Source of the DNA: Reclinomonas americana ATCC 50394
Taxonomy: Eukaryota
Direction: 5' to 3'
Assembly: GCA_048213135.1 (NCBI GenBank)
Contig: PS015022.1
Coordinates: 294,915 to 325,629, forward strand
DNA: 30,715 nt
The notes beneath the pieces are model-generated. The model saw nothing but the letters and a program-made list of their open reading frames with translations. It searched no databases and was not told the origin of the DNA. Position numbers and translations under genes: made by a program. Shown here in pieces: positions 11,530-22,162 of the stretch (the first letter of the stretch is position 1; every line of letters starts with the position of its first letter).

Positions 11530-12143
11530 TTCCACGCGAATTCTGCTGATCGCAACAGGAACACGCAAGATGCTGCTGCGCCAGCAGAGCGCTGCGTACG
11601 CACGCACAAACAGTACACAAACACATGCAAACGCAGCGCAGCGCGCGGTGAGGGTACGCGAAATGAAAACAAGTGGAGAAACGAGTTCGGGTGTTCACCG
11701 CGCTGCAAGGGATCAAAAACGGAACGCGCTGCGCTGAAAACACATGCGAGGACACGCAGCGCTGAGCTCGTGGCGGACATGGCGGACATGTGGCGGACAA
11801 TACTTGATCCAACTTTATACTNNNNNNNNNNNNNNNNNNNNNNNNNNNNNNNNNNNNNNNNNNNNNNNNNNNNNNNNNNNNNNNNNNNNNNNNNNNNNNN
11901 NNNNNNNNNNNNNNNNNNNNNNNNNNNNNNNNNNNNNNNNNNNNNNNNNNNNNNNNNNNNNNNNNNNNNNNNNNNNNNNNNNAACCATCTTTTCGTTGTT
12001 TGTGTGTCGGAGAGAAGGTTACACCTGTGCCACACAAACCCAACTACTCTTTACCGTTCCACGATCCACTTAGTGGCGGTCCGTTGCTCTATTCGCTTGC
12101 TCGATCTGTGAATCTCTTCAGTGCGGCCATCTCCCTTCACGTC

Positions 12144-12668
12144 ATGTCGGCAGCCGCATCCTCGTCCGATGTGCAACGCGCTGGTGCTGGCGGTAGCGTT
12201 AGTGACCCGGAGGAGGTGGAGTCTATGTTCGAGGCTGAATTGGATGATGCCTCAGCCGAGCGACAGAGTCGTGACGAAGGGCGGCAGTCGCGCCCGCCGT
12301 CCCGCGCAGGCTCGCGCTCACGGGCCACGGGCGGCGCTCGGCTCTTGTCTGCTGAGAGCCAGCAAGTGTGCACGGTCGTGGAGGCCAGGGTGGAAGCCAA
12401 GATGGAGTCTGTTCTGGAGAAGTTTTCGCAGGCCATGCGTGCTGACGTGGAGCGCTTGATTGCATCATCGATTGCGTCATCGCTTGCGTCACCGCTTGCG
12501 TCATCGCTTGCGTCACCGCTTGCGTCATCGGCCGGCGCAGTCAGCTCGGGTGTGCCCGCTGCCACGGGCGCCTCCGTGCAAGCGTCTGGTCAGTCTGCCG
12601 GCTCGAGTGCCGCCGCTGCCACGGCGGCCCAAGCCTCGGTTCAACAGCAGCAGCAACAACAACAACAA

Positions 12669-12699
<31 letters not shown>

Positions 12700-13586
12700 T
12701 GGTCCAGGAACACGATCTCGCCACAGCAGCGGCGGGTGAGCAGCTTCTTGCGGACCTGCAGGCCGCTCGTGATGCGGCCGAGCAGTGGGCCGAGTCCAAG
12801 TTCTGGGAGAAACCCGCCAGTACCGACGTAGCTGGTGTCGTGGGCAACTTCAATCACCTGGCGGAGGGCATTGTGGCGGCGTTTGCCGGCGAACGAATGA
12901 GCGACACGCTGGCCTTCTCGTCGTCGGCAGTTTGCGGCTTCAACCCGGACACGGCCAGGGCGCTGGACGGCCCTCATGTACAGCTGGCTGCAGGCGCGCT
13001 GCGGATGTTGTACGAGGAGGTCACGCAGGTGGTTTATCACGGCCTGCTGACGATGTCGGAGTTTCTGCAAGAGGACGGCGATTCGGTGGACCTCGTGCAA
13101 GTGGTGGATCACGTGTCACGCATTCTGGAGCGGATGTGGTTCTGCGTCAGCCTGCTGGCGGTGGCCGGTGACCGCCCTGGACACGTGTTTTCTCAGTCGG
13201 CTCTGATGGAGTTCCGCAACGAGGGCCGAGGCACATCTTTGCCACCTTCGCTGGCCGCTCTCATCAATCGGCGTGTTCGTGAGGATGCGCTGCTTGGTCG
13301 CGCGGCTGGCACGTCGTCGTCAGCTTCGGTTTCGGCAGCCGCGGCGGCTACGGCGGCGGCCGCCCTGGGAGGAGTTGCCACGCCAGTTGTTTCGTCGTCG
13401 GCTTCTCTTTCTGGGTCGCACCCGTCGGCCTCCAAGTCTCGGCGTCTCCGCCGCCAGCGCAGCAAGCAGATGCAGCGGGCGGGCTCGTCTGCGCCAATGA
13501 GGCCTGCGCCTACGGCTCCCCGCCAGCAGTCGTCCTCGCGCCAGCCGGGGGAACCCGGGGGCGGCGGGCCGGCCTCCGCCCACTAG
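12144..13586 (+). CDS. Gag-like ORF1 of the retroelement
   Basis: Long intronless ORF directly upstream of RT. Ser/Ala-rich linkers, 12-nt repeats (ASSL/ASPL), Q19 tract at 12642-12698, helical core and basic tail (SRRLRRQRSK). The call is positional; no CCHC knuckle seen. Confidence 0.7.
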
Positions 13587-13651
13587 AGGTCGGCAGGCCT
13601 CGTCGCAGAGCTGTGCCCGTGGTGGCAGGTACGGCAGCGCGGCGAGGCCTG
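13584..13651 (+). promoter_or_regulatory. Candidate stop-codon readthrough signal: TAG + 7-8-nt spacer + extended stem-loop
   Basis: CAGGCCTCGTCGC (13594-13606) pairs with GCGGCGAGGCCTG (13639-13651; 13 bp, one G-U). GCTGTGCC (13610-13617) pairs with GGTACGGC (13628-13635; two G-U). The terminal loop is 10 nt. Confidence 0.6.
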
Positions 13652-14927
13652 GACACACGCGTCGGCGGACGTTCGCTCCGTCGTCGCGTTCGGGGCTCGC
13701 TTGGAGTGGGGTCCGGGCGGGCCTCCGCCACCATTTCGTCTGCCGGAGCGTCCGGTTCCCGGCAGATTGTTGCCAGCCGTTCACGCGGAGCTCGATCGAA
13801 TGGTTTCCATCGGTCTTGTCCGCGAGGTTGCTCCGGGGAGTGCGCGGTTTTGTTGCCCTGCCTCGGCCATCGTGAAAACGAAGGCCGATGGCTCGGTCAA
13901 GACCCGCATTGTCACGGACCTGAGGCACATCAACCGTCACCTGTCTGTGCGCCGTTATCGCCAGGAGGGCCTCAGGGAGGTGCGGTCGTTGGTGTCGCAG
14001 GGCGACTTGTTCGGCGTGGGCGACGTGCGCGATGCCTTCGTGCACTGCGCAATTCATCCGGAACACCAGCAGTACCTCGGATTCGCCCTGGCTGGCCGCG
14101 AGTTCGAATGCACCGCCGCACCCTTCGGTCTGCGCCACAGTCCGATCCTGTGGAAGAAGATGATGGACGTGGTGATGCTCGATTTGCGTGCCCAGGGTGT
14201 CCGATGCGTCTGTTTTGTGGACGACGTGTTGCTGATCGCTCACTCGCAGTCGGAGTATCGTGCGGCGAGGGAGTTGTTTCTCAGCACGTTGGCCAAATAC
14301 GGCGTGCAGATTGCGCCCGGCAAGATGCCGTCCAGAGTGGGCTCGTCGACAATCGAGTACCTCGGGATGGTGGTCTCGTCGGAGGCGCCTGCACCGTCGT
14401 TCGCCGTCACGCCCGCCGTCTGCGCCGACATCCGGCAGCGCGCCGCCTCGCTGGTGCGCGACTGGGAGTCTGGTCGCACACGCTTCAGGGCGAGGCGCAT
14501 CAAGTCGGTGGTGGGCAAGCTGCAGAGCGTGGAGTTGGCCGTCCCCTCAACGCGTCTCCACACACGCGAACTGCACAATTGCCTCGGCGGCAAGTTCGGC
14601 AACCTCCGTGTATCTCTCTCCCTCCAGGCGGTCAGAGACCTGCGATGGTGGGCGGAGTTGGACGGTACGCGAGCGTGGAAGCCAATGGTTCTTGCCCCTC
14701 TAACCGCGCCGATTCAGGTCTGGACGGACGCCTCGAAGCTCGGCTACGGGGTGGTCTTGGACAGCCTGCAGTTCGGCGCCGACTTTCCGGTCGAGTGGCG
14801 TGGGCGGTCGATCAACCAGCTGGAGCTGGCCGCTGTTCTGCTGGCCTTTCAGTCGCTGCGCGAGCGGCTAAGCGGTCGGCAGATCCTTTTGCGGTCAGAC
14901 AACTCGACCGTCATTGCGACTCTCAGG
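13587..14927 (+). CDS. Reverse transcriptase-RNase H (pol), 3'-truncated by gap
   Basis: RT motifs RIVTDLRHIN, DVRDAFVH, PFGLRHSP, FVDD, IEYLG; tether DLRWW; RNase H motifs WTDASKLGYG, INQLELAAV, RSDNSTV. Same frame as gag. Confidence 0.93.
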
Positions 14928-15655
14928 NNNNNNNNNNNNNNNNNNNNNNNNNNNNNNNNNNNNNNNNNNNNNNNNNNNNNNNNNNNNNNNNNNNNNNNNN
15001 NNNNNNNNNNNNNNNNNNNNNNNNNNNNNNNNNNNNNNNNNNNNNNNNNNNNNNNNNNNNNNNNNNNNNNNNNNNNNNNNNNNNNNNNNNNNNNNNNNNN
15101 NNNNNNNNNNNNNNNNNNNNNNNNNNNNNNNNNNNNNNNNNNNNNNNNNNNNNNNNNNNNNNNNNNNNNNNNNNNNNNNNNNNNNNNNNNNNNNNNNNNN
15201 NNNNNNNNNNNNNNNNNNNNNNNNNNNNNNNNNNNNNNNNNNNNNNNNNNNNNNNNNNNNNNNNNNNNNNNNNNNNNNNNNNNNNNNNNNNNNNNNNNNN
15301 NNNNNNNNNNNNNNNNNNNNNNNNNNNNNNNNNNNNNNNNNNNNNNNNNNNNNNNNNNNNNNNNNNNNNNNNNNNNNNNNNNNNNNNNNNNNNNNNNNNN
15401 NNNNNNNNNNNNNNNNNNNNNNNNNNNNNNNNNNNNNNNNNNNNNNNNNNNNNNNNNNNNNNNNNNNNNNNNNNNNNNNNNNNNNNNNNNNNNNNNNNNN
15501 NNNNNNNNNNNNNNNNNNNNNNNNNNNNNNNNNNNNNNNNNNNNNNNNNNNNNNNNNNNNNNNNNNNNNNNNNNNNNNNNNNNNNNNNNNNNNNNNNNNN
15601 NNNNNNNNNNNNNNNNNNNNNNNNNNNNNNNNNNNNNNNNNNNNNNNNNNNNNNN

Positions 15656-16439
15656 GAGCCAGCCCGCGCGCGCCAGCTCGATTGGGTACTCGGTCAGCAG
15701 CAGATCGACGCCGAGCGAGATGGCATGCAGCATGGACACTGCATCACGAGCAGTGTGAGGGCGATTTTTCGTTGATGGCTGCGAGAGATGCAAATGGTAC
15801 CTGGACCGTCAATGCCGTCGACCAAGAGTAATCTGTCGGCCGAGAGTGCTTCCTGTTGCCGCTGACGTCAGTGCGACAATAGGTGGCAGAGACGGAGACA
15901 GAGGAGTTCGGAGACGCACCTTGACGCACTGCACCCGTCTTGTTACACTCGCCGGTTCATCGCCCGTCGACAAGCCGAGCAGTGCCATTCCTGCGTGGCA
16001 AGCAAAATGTCAGTTGACTCAAGAGCGAGGCGTGCAGGGGAGGAGCGAGAGAAGCACGTCATGCACCACAGATCCCGGGCACGGCAGCCAAGGCGGCGAC
16101 ACCGCGCTCGAAATCCACATCGGTGCCCACATTCGGAATGGACGACATGAGCGGCATCGACGGCGCGTCGGCTGCAACGGCAGCAGAGAACGAAGCACCC
16201 CAGCTGCGGAAACACACAATCAGCAGGCGAACGCAGGAGGGAGTGCGCTGCATTTCTCGCAAAAAAACATACCTGACTGCGCGATCCATGGCCTTGCGTC
16301 CACGATTCTTTCCCGTGTACACCCCCGGAACATCACTCAGCGACGCCGCCACATCCACACGCGCACGCACACACGCCGCCGCGTACTCTTCATGCCCAAT
16401 CTACATGCAACAACTCCATGAGCACCACCACCAACGCAA

Positions 16440-16488
<49 letters not shown>

Positions 16489-16937
16489 TGCACCTTGCGC
16501 TTGCCTTGTGGCGTGTCATAGTGCACGCCACTATCACCAGCCACGCCCTCAGTGAGCCGACTCGCCTGCGCCGTCGGCAACCCGAACCGCACCAGTCGTC
16601 GCGGGTACTGCCGATGCGGCACCGAGGCCGACACACTGCACCAACACCGTCACACACACACACACACGCGCGCGCGCAACATAATTTACAGCAGCTGTTG
16701 ACGCAACAGATCCGGCGCACTATGCGCCACCGCCACCTCCCACGCGCCCTCGCCTTGCGCTCCACCAAACAAGCGCTCCAGCAAATCCGGAGTCACATGC
16801 CGCACCGCACCCGCATGCATCGGCAACACCATCGCCGGTGTCATCAACACCAACTCCTCCGCAGAATCATCATCGCGCACCACATGCACTCGCCCACACC
16901 GCGCAGGTGACGACGCTCCTGCGCTCACAGCAAACAT
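15656..16937 (-). CDS. QTRT2: 5' part of queuine tRNA-ribosyltransferase accessory subunit (QTRT2-like)
   Basis: MFAV...ARCGRV...TPAMVLPMHAGAVRHVTPDLL; DVAASLSD...RGRKAMDRAV; DRLLLVDGIDGP|VSMLHAISLGVDLLLTEYPIELARAGW. It has GVDLLLTEYP where catalytic TGT has GVDMFDCV, so it is the non-catalytic subunit. Confidence 0.85.
16443..16485. repeat. (CA)n microsatellite in a QTRT2 intron
   Basis: Pure CA run. Confidence 0.95.
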
Positions 16938-17031
16938 AGCAAGGATTCCCGCCTTTTTCATGCGTGACAATGGACAACGGACAATGCACGCCGCTCGCGG
17001 ATATCTTTCGTTGCCAACCTGCAAACAACGA

Positions 17032-19552
17032 ATGAAGACGCCAAGGCGGCCGCTATGGTGGCCGCCTTTTCTGCTTTCGTTGCTGGTGTTAGTGGTGGCG
17101 CTTGTTGTTGTATTAGTGGAGGCAGAGGAGGAGTGGAGTGGGGAAATGGAGCCCTTTGTGCGGGAGAAGGCGGCGACAGTGGAGGAGAAGTTGGATGAGG
17201 ATTGGCAGGATGAGGATGGTGCGCAGGAGGAGGAGGAGGATGCGTGGACGTTGGTGCAGCCGAGTGGCGCGGGGACTGTGGCCTTGGCGAATGATTTGCA
17301 TGAGGTCTCTCTCTCTCAGGCAAAAGTTGCTGTGAGTCTGTGTGCTCATGGTTGCGCGCAGGTTTTCGAGTCAATGGTGTCGTCTGAGCAGGTGGGGAAC
17401 CTGCATGTGTTGAACTGGTGAGAATTGAGCGAGACTGATGTTATGTGTGGTTTTTTGTGCAGCCGGTGATCCAGCCAACGGTTCCGGCTCTGAGCCCACC
17501 AGCGTCCACTGTGCAGCAGCCGCTGATTGCCAACGCCGCGGTCGGTCGCTACTATGGTGGAAGCAGTGGAAACTACTACGGCAGTGGAAACTACTATGGG
17601 AGCGGCAACAACGGCAGCGGCAACTACTATGGGAGCGGCAACTATGGCAGTGGCAACTACTATGGGAGCAGCGGCAACTACTATGGTGGTGGTGGTGGTG
17701 GTAGTGGCTACTATCGAGGCAGCGGTCTCGGCTACTACAACAACAATTACAACAACAACTACTACCCACCGCAGAAGAAGAGCGCATGGAGCAGCTTCAA
17801 GTCGGGCCTGAGCAGCGCTGGCTCGTGGACGGCATCCAAGGCCAAGAGCGCCGGTTCGTGGACCGCCGACAAGGCCAAGAAGGGCGGTCAGTGGACGGCG
17901 GAGAAGGCCAAGAAGGGTGGTCAGTGGACGGCGGAGAAGGCCAAGAAGGGGGGTCAGTGGACGGCGCAAAAGGCCAAGAGCGCCGGTTCGTGGAGCAAGC
18001 AGAAGGCCAAGGAGGCCAAGGCTGCGGCGCAGCGCAAGTACGAGCGAGCCAAGGCGGCGTGGGAGAAGCGACAGCTCAACAAGGAGAAGAGGAAGTTGGC
18101 GGAGGAGCGCCGCAAGCTGCGCATGTACAACCAGCAGCTCAAGGACATGGCCAAGAAGCAGAAGAACTGGGCCGCGCGTCAGCAGGAAAAGGCGGAGCGC
18201 GCTGCGCGTGGGCCTGCCAACAAGCGCGCCCTAGACAAGATCAAGGACTGTGTGCGCACGGATCGCAAGGCCGAGTCCAAGTACAAGAACAAGATGGATG
18301 AGTTGAACAAGCGCCTGACGAAGCTGGGCAAAAACTCGGCGGCGGCTGCCGAGTTGCGCAAGGAGGCTCGCCGCATCGAGGAGCTGCACAAGGACGGCCT
18401 GAGACGCCAGCAGGCCAAGTTCAAGCAGAGCCTCAAGAAGCTGAAGGACAGCAAGAAGAAGGACCTGGCGAAGGCCAAGAAGCAGTGGGCGCTGCAGTGC
18501 AAGCAGGCGGCGGCCAAGAAGCTTGCGCTGAAGCGCCGTGCGGCCTTTGCTCGCAAGTGCCAGCTGAAGGATCGACTCGTGGACGCACTGCGTCGTCGCA
18601 TTGCCGACATGCGCGAGTCGATGGCGGACCTGCGCATCAGCAACAAGCAGCTGCGTCGGGACCAGCATGTGAAGCTGACCGACATGTTGTCGCGCAAGTT
18701 GGCCACGGCCCAGCAGGCGCTGTCGCAGCTCTTGCAGACGGAACGCGATCGCGTGCGGCATCAAGTGCGCGAAGTCGTCGAGGAGCGCCTGCGCAACTTG
18801 CAGTTTGCGGTGCGTATTTTGTGTGTGTGTGATGCAGTGTTTGGTGCCGATTGCTCAAACTCTTCTTTTTATCGCAGCGATCGATGCGAGCTGCAAAGAG
18901 CGCCAAGGTCGACTACTGCCTTCCACTGGAGCACATTGTGTCGCGACTGAAGCGCTCGCAAAAGGCATGCGCGGCCGGCTCGTCCGAAGCCGACTGCTCC
19001 GACTTGGACAACCGCATGCAGGTCATCCGAGACGAGCTCAGCACGTGTCGCGGCATCAGTTGCGTGAACATTGACATGCCGGCAAAGGCGGTGGTTGGCT
19101 CATATATCGCTGGTGTACTGCGCAGTGGCGGCTCGAGGATTCGTCCCGCCGCCGCCGCCGCCGCCTCCGAATGCCCCCAAGGCCGGACCAGTGACCAGGG
19201 TGCCGCCCAAGGCCGGACCACCGCCACCAAAGGCACTGCCGCCCCCACCACCGGCGTATCGTGCACCTCCGCCACCGGCCTATCGTGCACCGCCGCCCCC
19301 TCCGCCTCGCCAGTACGCACCACCGGTCCCGTATCGTCCTCGAGCGCGGCCGCCACCGCCGAGTTGCCACCGCTGGAAATACGAGCCGGTAACTAACTCG
19401 TCACTCCTTAATGCGTCTCTCTCGCGAATGCTCACTCATCCGCGCAGAGCGAATTTGGCTTCCCTTACGATGGTGCCGCACGGTATCGCTCGGCGCCGCC
19501 ACCATCGTCGGCACCGGCACCGGCACCAGCAGGCGGCTACTATCGTGCGTGA
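17032..19552 (+). CDS. Secreted modular repeat protein (Gly/Asn/Tyr repeats, 11-mer repeats, Lys-rich coiled coil, Pro/Tyr tail); function unknown
   Basis: Signal-like FLLSLLVLVVALVVVLVEA, then an acidic segment. Predicted short introns ~17306-17360, 17392-17462, 18810-18877, 19059-19125 and 19389-19447 join the ORFs in frame. Strong codon bias; stop TGA 19550-19552. Confidence 0.8.
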
Positions 19553-19611
19553 TGCACAAAAACAGAGTGAAACAGAGTGTATGTGGGGCGCGTGTTGAAT
19601 GCACTCTCGTT

Positions 19612-21114
19612 TCACTTGTGGACGGCGGTGGTAGCCACACGCAGCACCAGTTCGACCTGCGACATGAGCAGGTGGTGGTAGACGGCGTACAGATCGATCT
19701 CATCGAGCAGGTAGCACGAGAGGCACGCCATGAGTGTGCGCTGCATGCAGCGAAACTCGCACGCCGGCTGCGCGACAAACGCCCGCTCCGCCACCGCGTC
19801 CGCGACCAGCTTCTTCAGTCGATCGCCGTCGGCGGCAAGCACGCAGCGCGTCACGGCCTCGATCCACGCCTGCTGTCGCTCCAAGCACAACTGGCGCATC
19901 GCTTCCTGGCAGCATCACGCAAAAGAAGGTGAGGGCGAACAAAGACAGAAGAAGAAGAAAAGCCTCGTGTCAAGGAACGCACATCGAGTGGCTGCGACGC
20001 ACGCCGGCGCAGCACCGCATAACAGTCGGTCGCCAACGCCTGCCCGGCCTCAATCGCCTCCTTGTAAACGCCCGGATCGAGCGCACGAAACGCCGCCACA
20101 CTCGCCTCCAACGCATCCTCGGCATCGCGCAAGTGGTAATCGATCTGCAGGCAACGAGGGGGGGTGAGGCGAGAGCCACAACAATAAGACGCTCTCACAG
20201 GCATGACCTTGGCTCGAGCACGCTCGTGCCCGCCCATCGACAGTAACTCGGCGACAAGCTCCCGCGACTCGTCCCACGCTGAGCCACTCTCGCGTCGCGC
20301 AGCAAAGGTTGACGGAGCGGCAGACAAGTGCACCAACTCGGCCACCAGTCGCGAGAGGAACTCTTGTCGACGGGTCTCGGCTTCCATCACGCGCCTGAGG
20401 GAGAGGGAAGGGAGGGTAAGGGGGAGGGGGAGGGAGAGGGAGAGGGAGAGGGAGAGGGAGAGGGAGAGGGAGAGGGAAGGAGAGGGAGAGGGAGAGGGAG
20501 AGGGAGAGTGAAGGGAAAGGGAGAGAGACAGAAGATGAAGGGGAAAAGTGAGGGAAAGGAAGAATGAATAGTGAACAAGAGAAGCAGAGCACGGGAGACA
20601 GGAGACGGGGAGGAGGAGGAGGAGGCGGAGGAGGAGGAGGAGGAGGAGGAGGAGGAGGAGGAGAAGAAGAAGAAGAAGAAGAAGAAGAAGAAGAAGAAGA
20701 AGAGGAGAGAGAGGGAGAGACTGAGGGGCAGAGAGACGACTAGGAAGAGAAGCTTCGGGACGACAAGGGGAGAGGAGTGAGGGAGGGAGACAGAGAATGA
20801 ACACTCATAGTCGCACAGAGGGAGACTGAGGGGGCAGAGCAGACGTGCAGATCCAGTCGCCACTCAACTTGTGCGACGCACTGACAGCCTCCAGCTCCAG
20901 CTCCACCACTGCCTTGGCCTGCTCTCTCACAATGAGCACACACAGACACACACAAACACACACAAACAACACCACAAATGACCTCCACCCATCGTCGATA
21001 CCGCAACACATGCGCCTCCTCCCACACATGCAAGAACAGCTGCTCTCGTTCCGCCACCACCACTACCTGTTGACGAAGAAAACGAACGGCCTCACGCGCC
21101 TCCTCATCGCTCAT
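19612..21114 (-). CDS. Hypothetical helical protein, multi-exon
   Basis: Coding-like exons MSDEEAREAVRFL..., AKAVVELELEAV..., RVMEAETRRQEFL..., IDYHLRDAEDAL..., MRQLCLERQQAW...HK*, separated by GT-AG introns. No family recognised. Confidence 0.6.
20400..20725. repeat. Compound polypurine microsatellite (GAGAGG)n/(GAG)n/(GAA)n, intronic
   Basis: Directly visible; the pyrimidine strand is the sense strand of the host gene. Confidence 0.92.
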
Positions 21115-21161
21115 TCAATGAAAGCGGGAGGAAAATACGACTAAAACCGCACCAAATCACC

Positions 21162-22099
21162 ATGTTATTCCGAGAAGAAGACGATGATGATGATGGCAAG
21201 GCCGAGTTGCAAGCGCAACAGGACGCAGCGTGTCGAGGTCAAGTGCTGCTCTCTGACATATCGTGGCAGCTGGGGTGTGCACCAGAGACAGCAAAGGTCT
21301 CTCACAGTGCAAGTGTCTGTCTTCTCTCTGTGTGCCTCACTCTCTCTCGCAGCGATGGGTTGCCGAGCGCAAAGAGCTTGTGCCGATGAGTGCGTATGAG
21401 CTGATGCATGTGGTGTTCTCGGAGCCTGTGCATGTGCGCATGCCTGGAGGCAGTGTGATCTTGGTGCAGCCGAACACTGCAGTGAGTGTCTCTCTCTCTC
21501 TTGTTGTCTCGCCTGCTCGTTGTCTGAGTGGGTGCGCAGGTGGGCCAGGTGTTTGTGAGCATCCGCGTGATCCTGGAGTGCCTCAATGAGTATCATGTGC
21601 GTCGCTGAGGTGCATGAAAGGCGATCGATTGCATAGTTGACTAAAGGTCATGTTCTTCCCCCCTTCGTCTTCCCCCTTCCGGTCTCCCCCTTCGCCTTCC
21701 ATCTTCTTGTTCTTCTTGTTCTTCTTGTTTTTCTTCTTCTTCTTCGCCTTCTCCCTTCTTCTTTCTTCTTGTTCTTGTTCTTCTCCTCCTCCTTTTCTTC
21801 TTCCCCCCTTCGCCTTCTTCTTGGCAGCGATCGGTGAGCGAGGGAGTCTCACATGCATGGGAAGACGATGTGACGTATCTCGGCAAGTGGGAGCTCCTGG
21901 CCGGTCTGCGTGACACGGGCACTCGGCATTCTGTGGATCGTCGGAAAGTATTTCAAGTGTGTTGCTCTTCCCTCAGTTGTACGCGTGCTCTCTTATCTCT
22001 CCCGCACTCACGCGCGTGTGCTGGCAGGCGGTGTTCTCCAATGGTATCGAGGATCTGAATGAGCATACGCGGCCACTGTATGGCGACGAGCCGCCGTGA
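21162..22099 (+). CDS. Small hypothetical protein, about 5 exons
   Basis: MLFREEDD...ETAK|RWVAERK...QPNTA|VGQVFVSIRVILECLNEYH|RSVSEG...YLGKWELLAGL...VFQ|AVFSNG...DEPP*. Phase-0 GT-AG introns restore one frame. Confidence 0.6.
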
Positions 22100-22162
22100 C
22101 GGCACTGGCGTGGCTTTGCAGTTAACCATGTGTACACTTCACTTCTCCTTTCAATCGTCCCA

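Larger units (their letters stand above)
11983..14927 (+). mobile_element. DIRS-like (tyrosine-recombinase) retrotransposon, gag-pol portion; both termini hidden in gaps
   Basis: Gag-like ORF followed by RT and DIRS-type RNase H with no aspartic protease between them. GC-rich and intronless. A YR of the matching type lies nearby. Confidence 0.85.

Noticed and set aside
13613-14927. Long alternative-frame ORF overlapping RT (DIRS-style overlapping ORF)
   Set aside because: Arg/Gly/Ala-rich shadow frame of GC-rich DNA with no ATG start and no YR motifs. It cannot be fully excluded as a 5' extension of a downstream ORF hidden in the gap.
17810-18010. 33-nt tandem repeats as a CRISPR or satellite array
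   Set aside because: They are in-frame coding repeats with synonymous variation and no spacers, in a eukaryotic context.
21162-22099. Faint resemblance of the small protein to DUF6699-like domains
   Set aside because: Only a weak pattern (V.IR.IL..L...LG.W.L.GL); needs a profile search.
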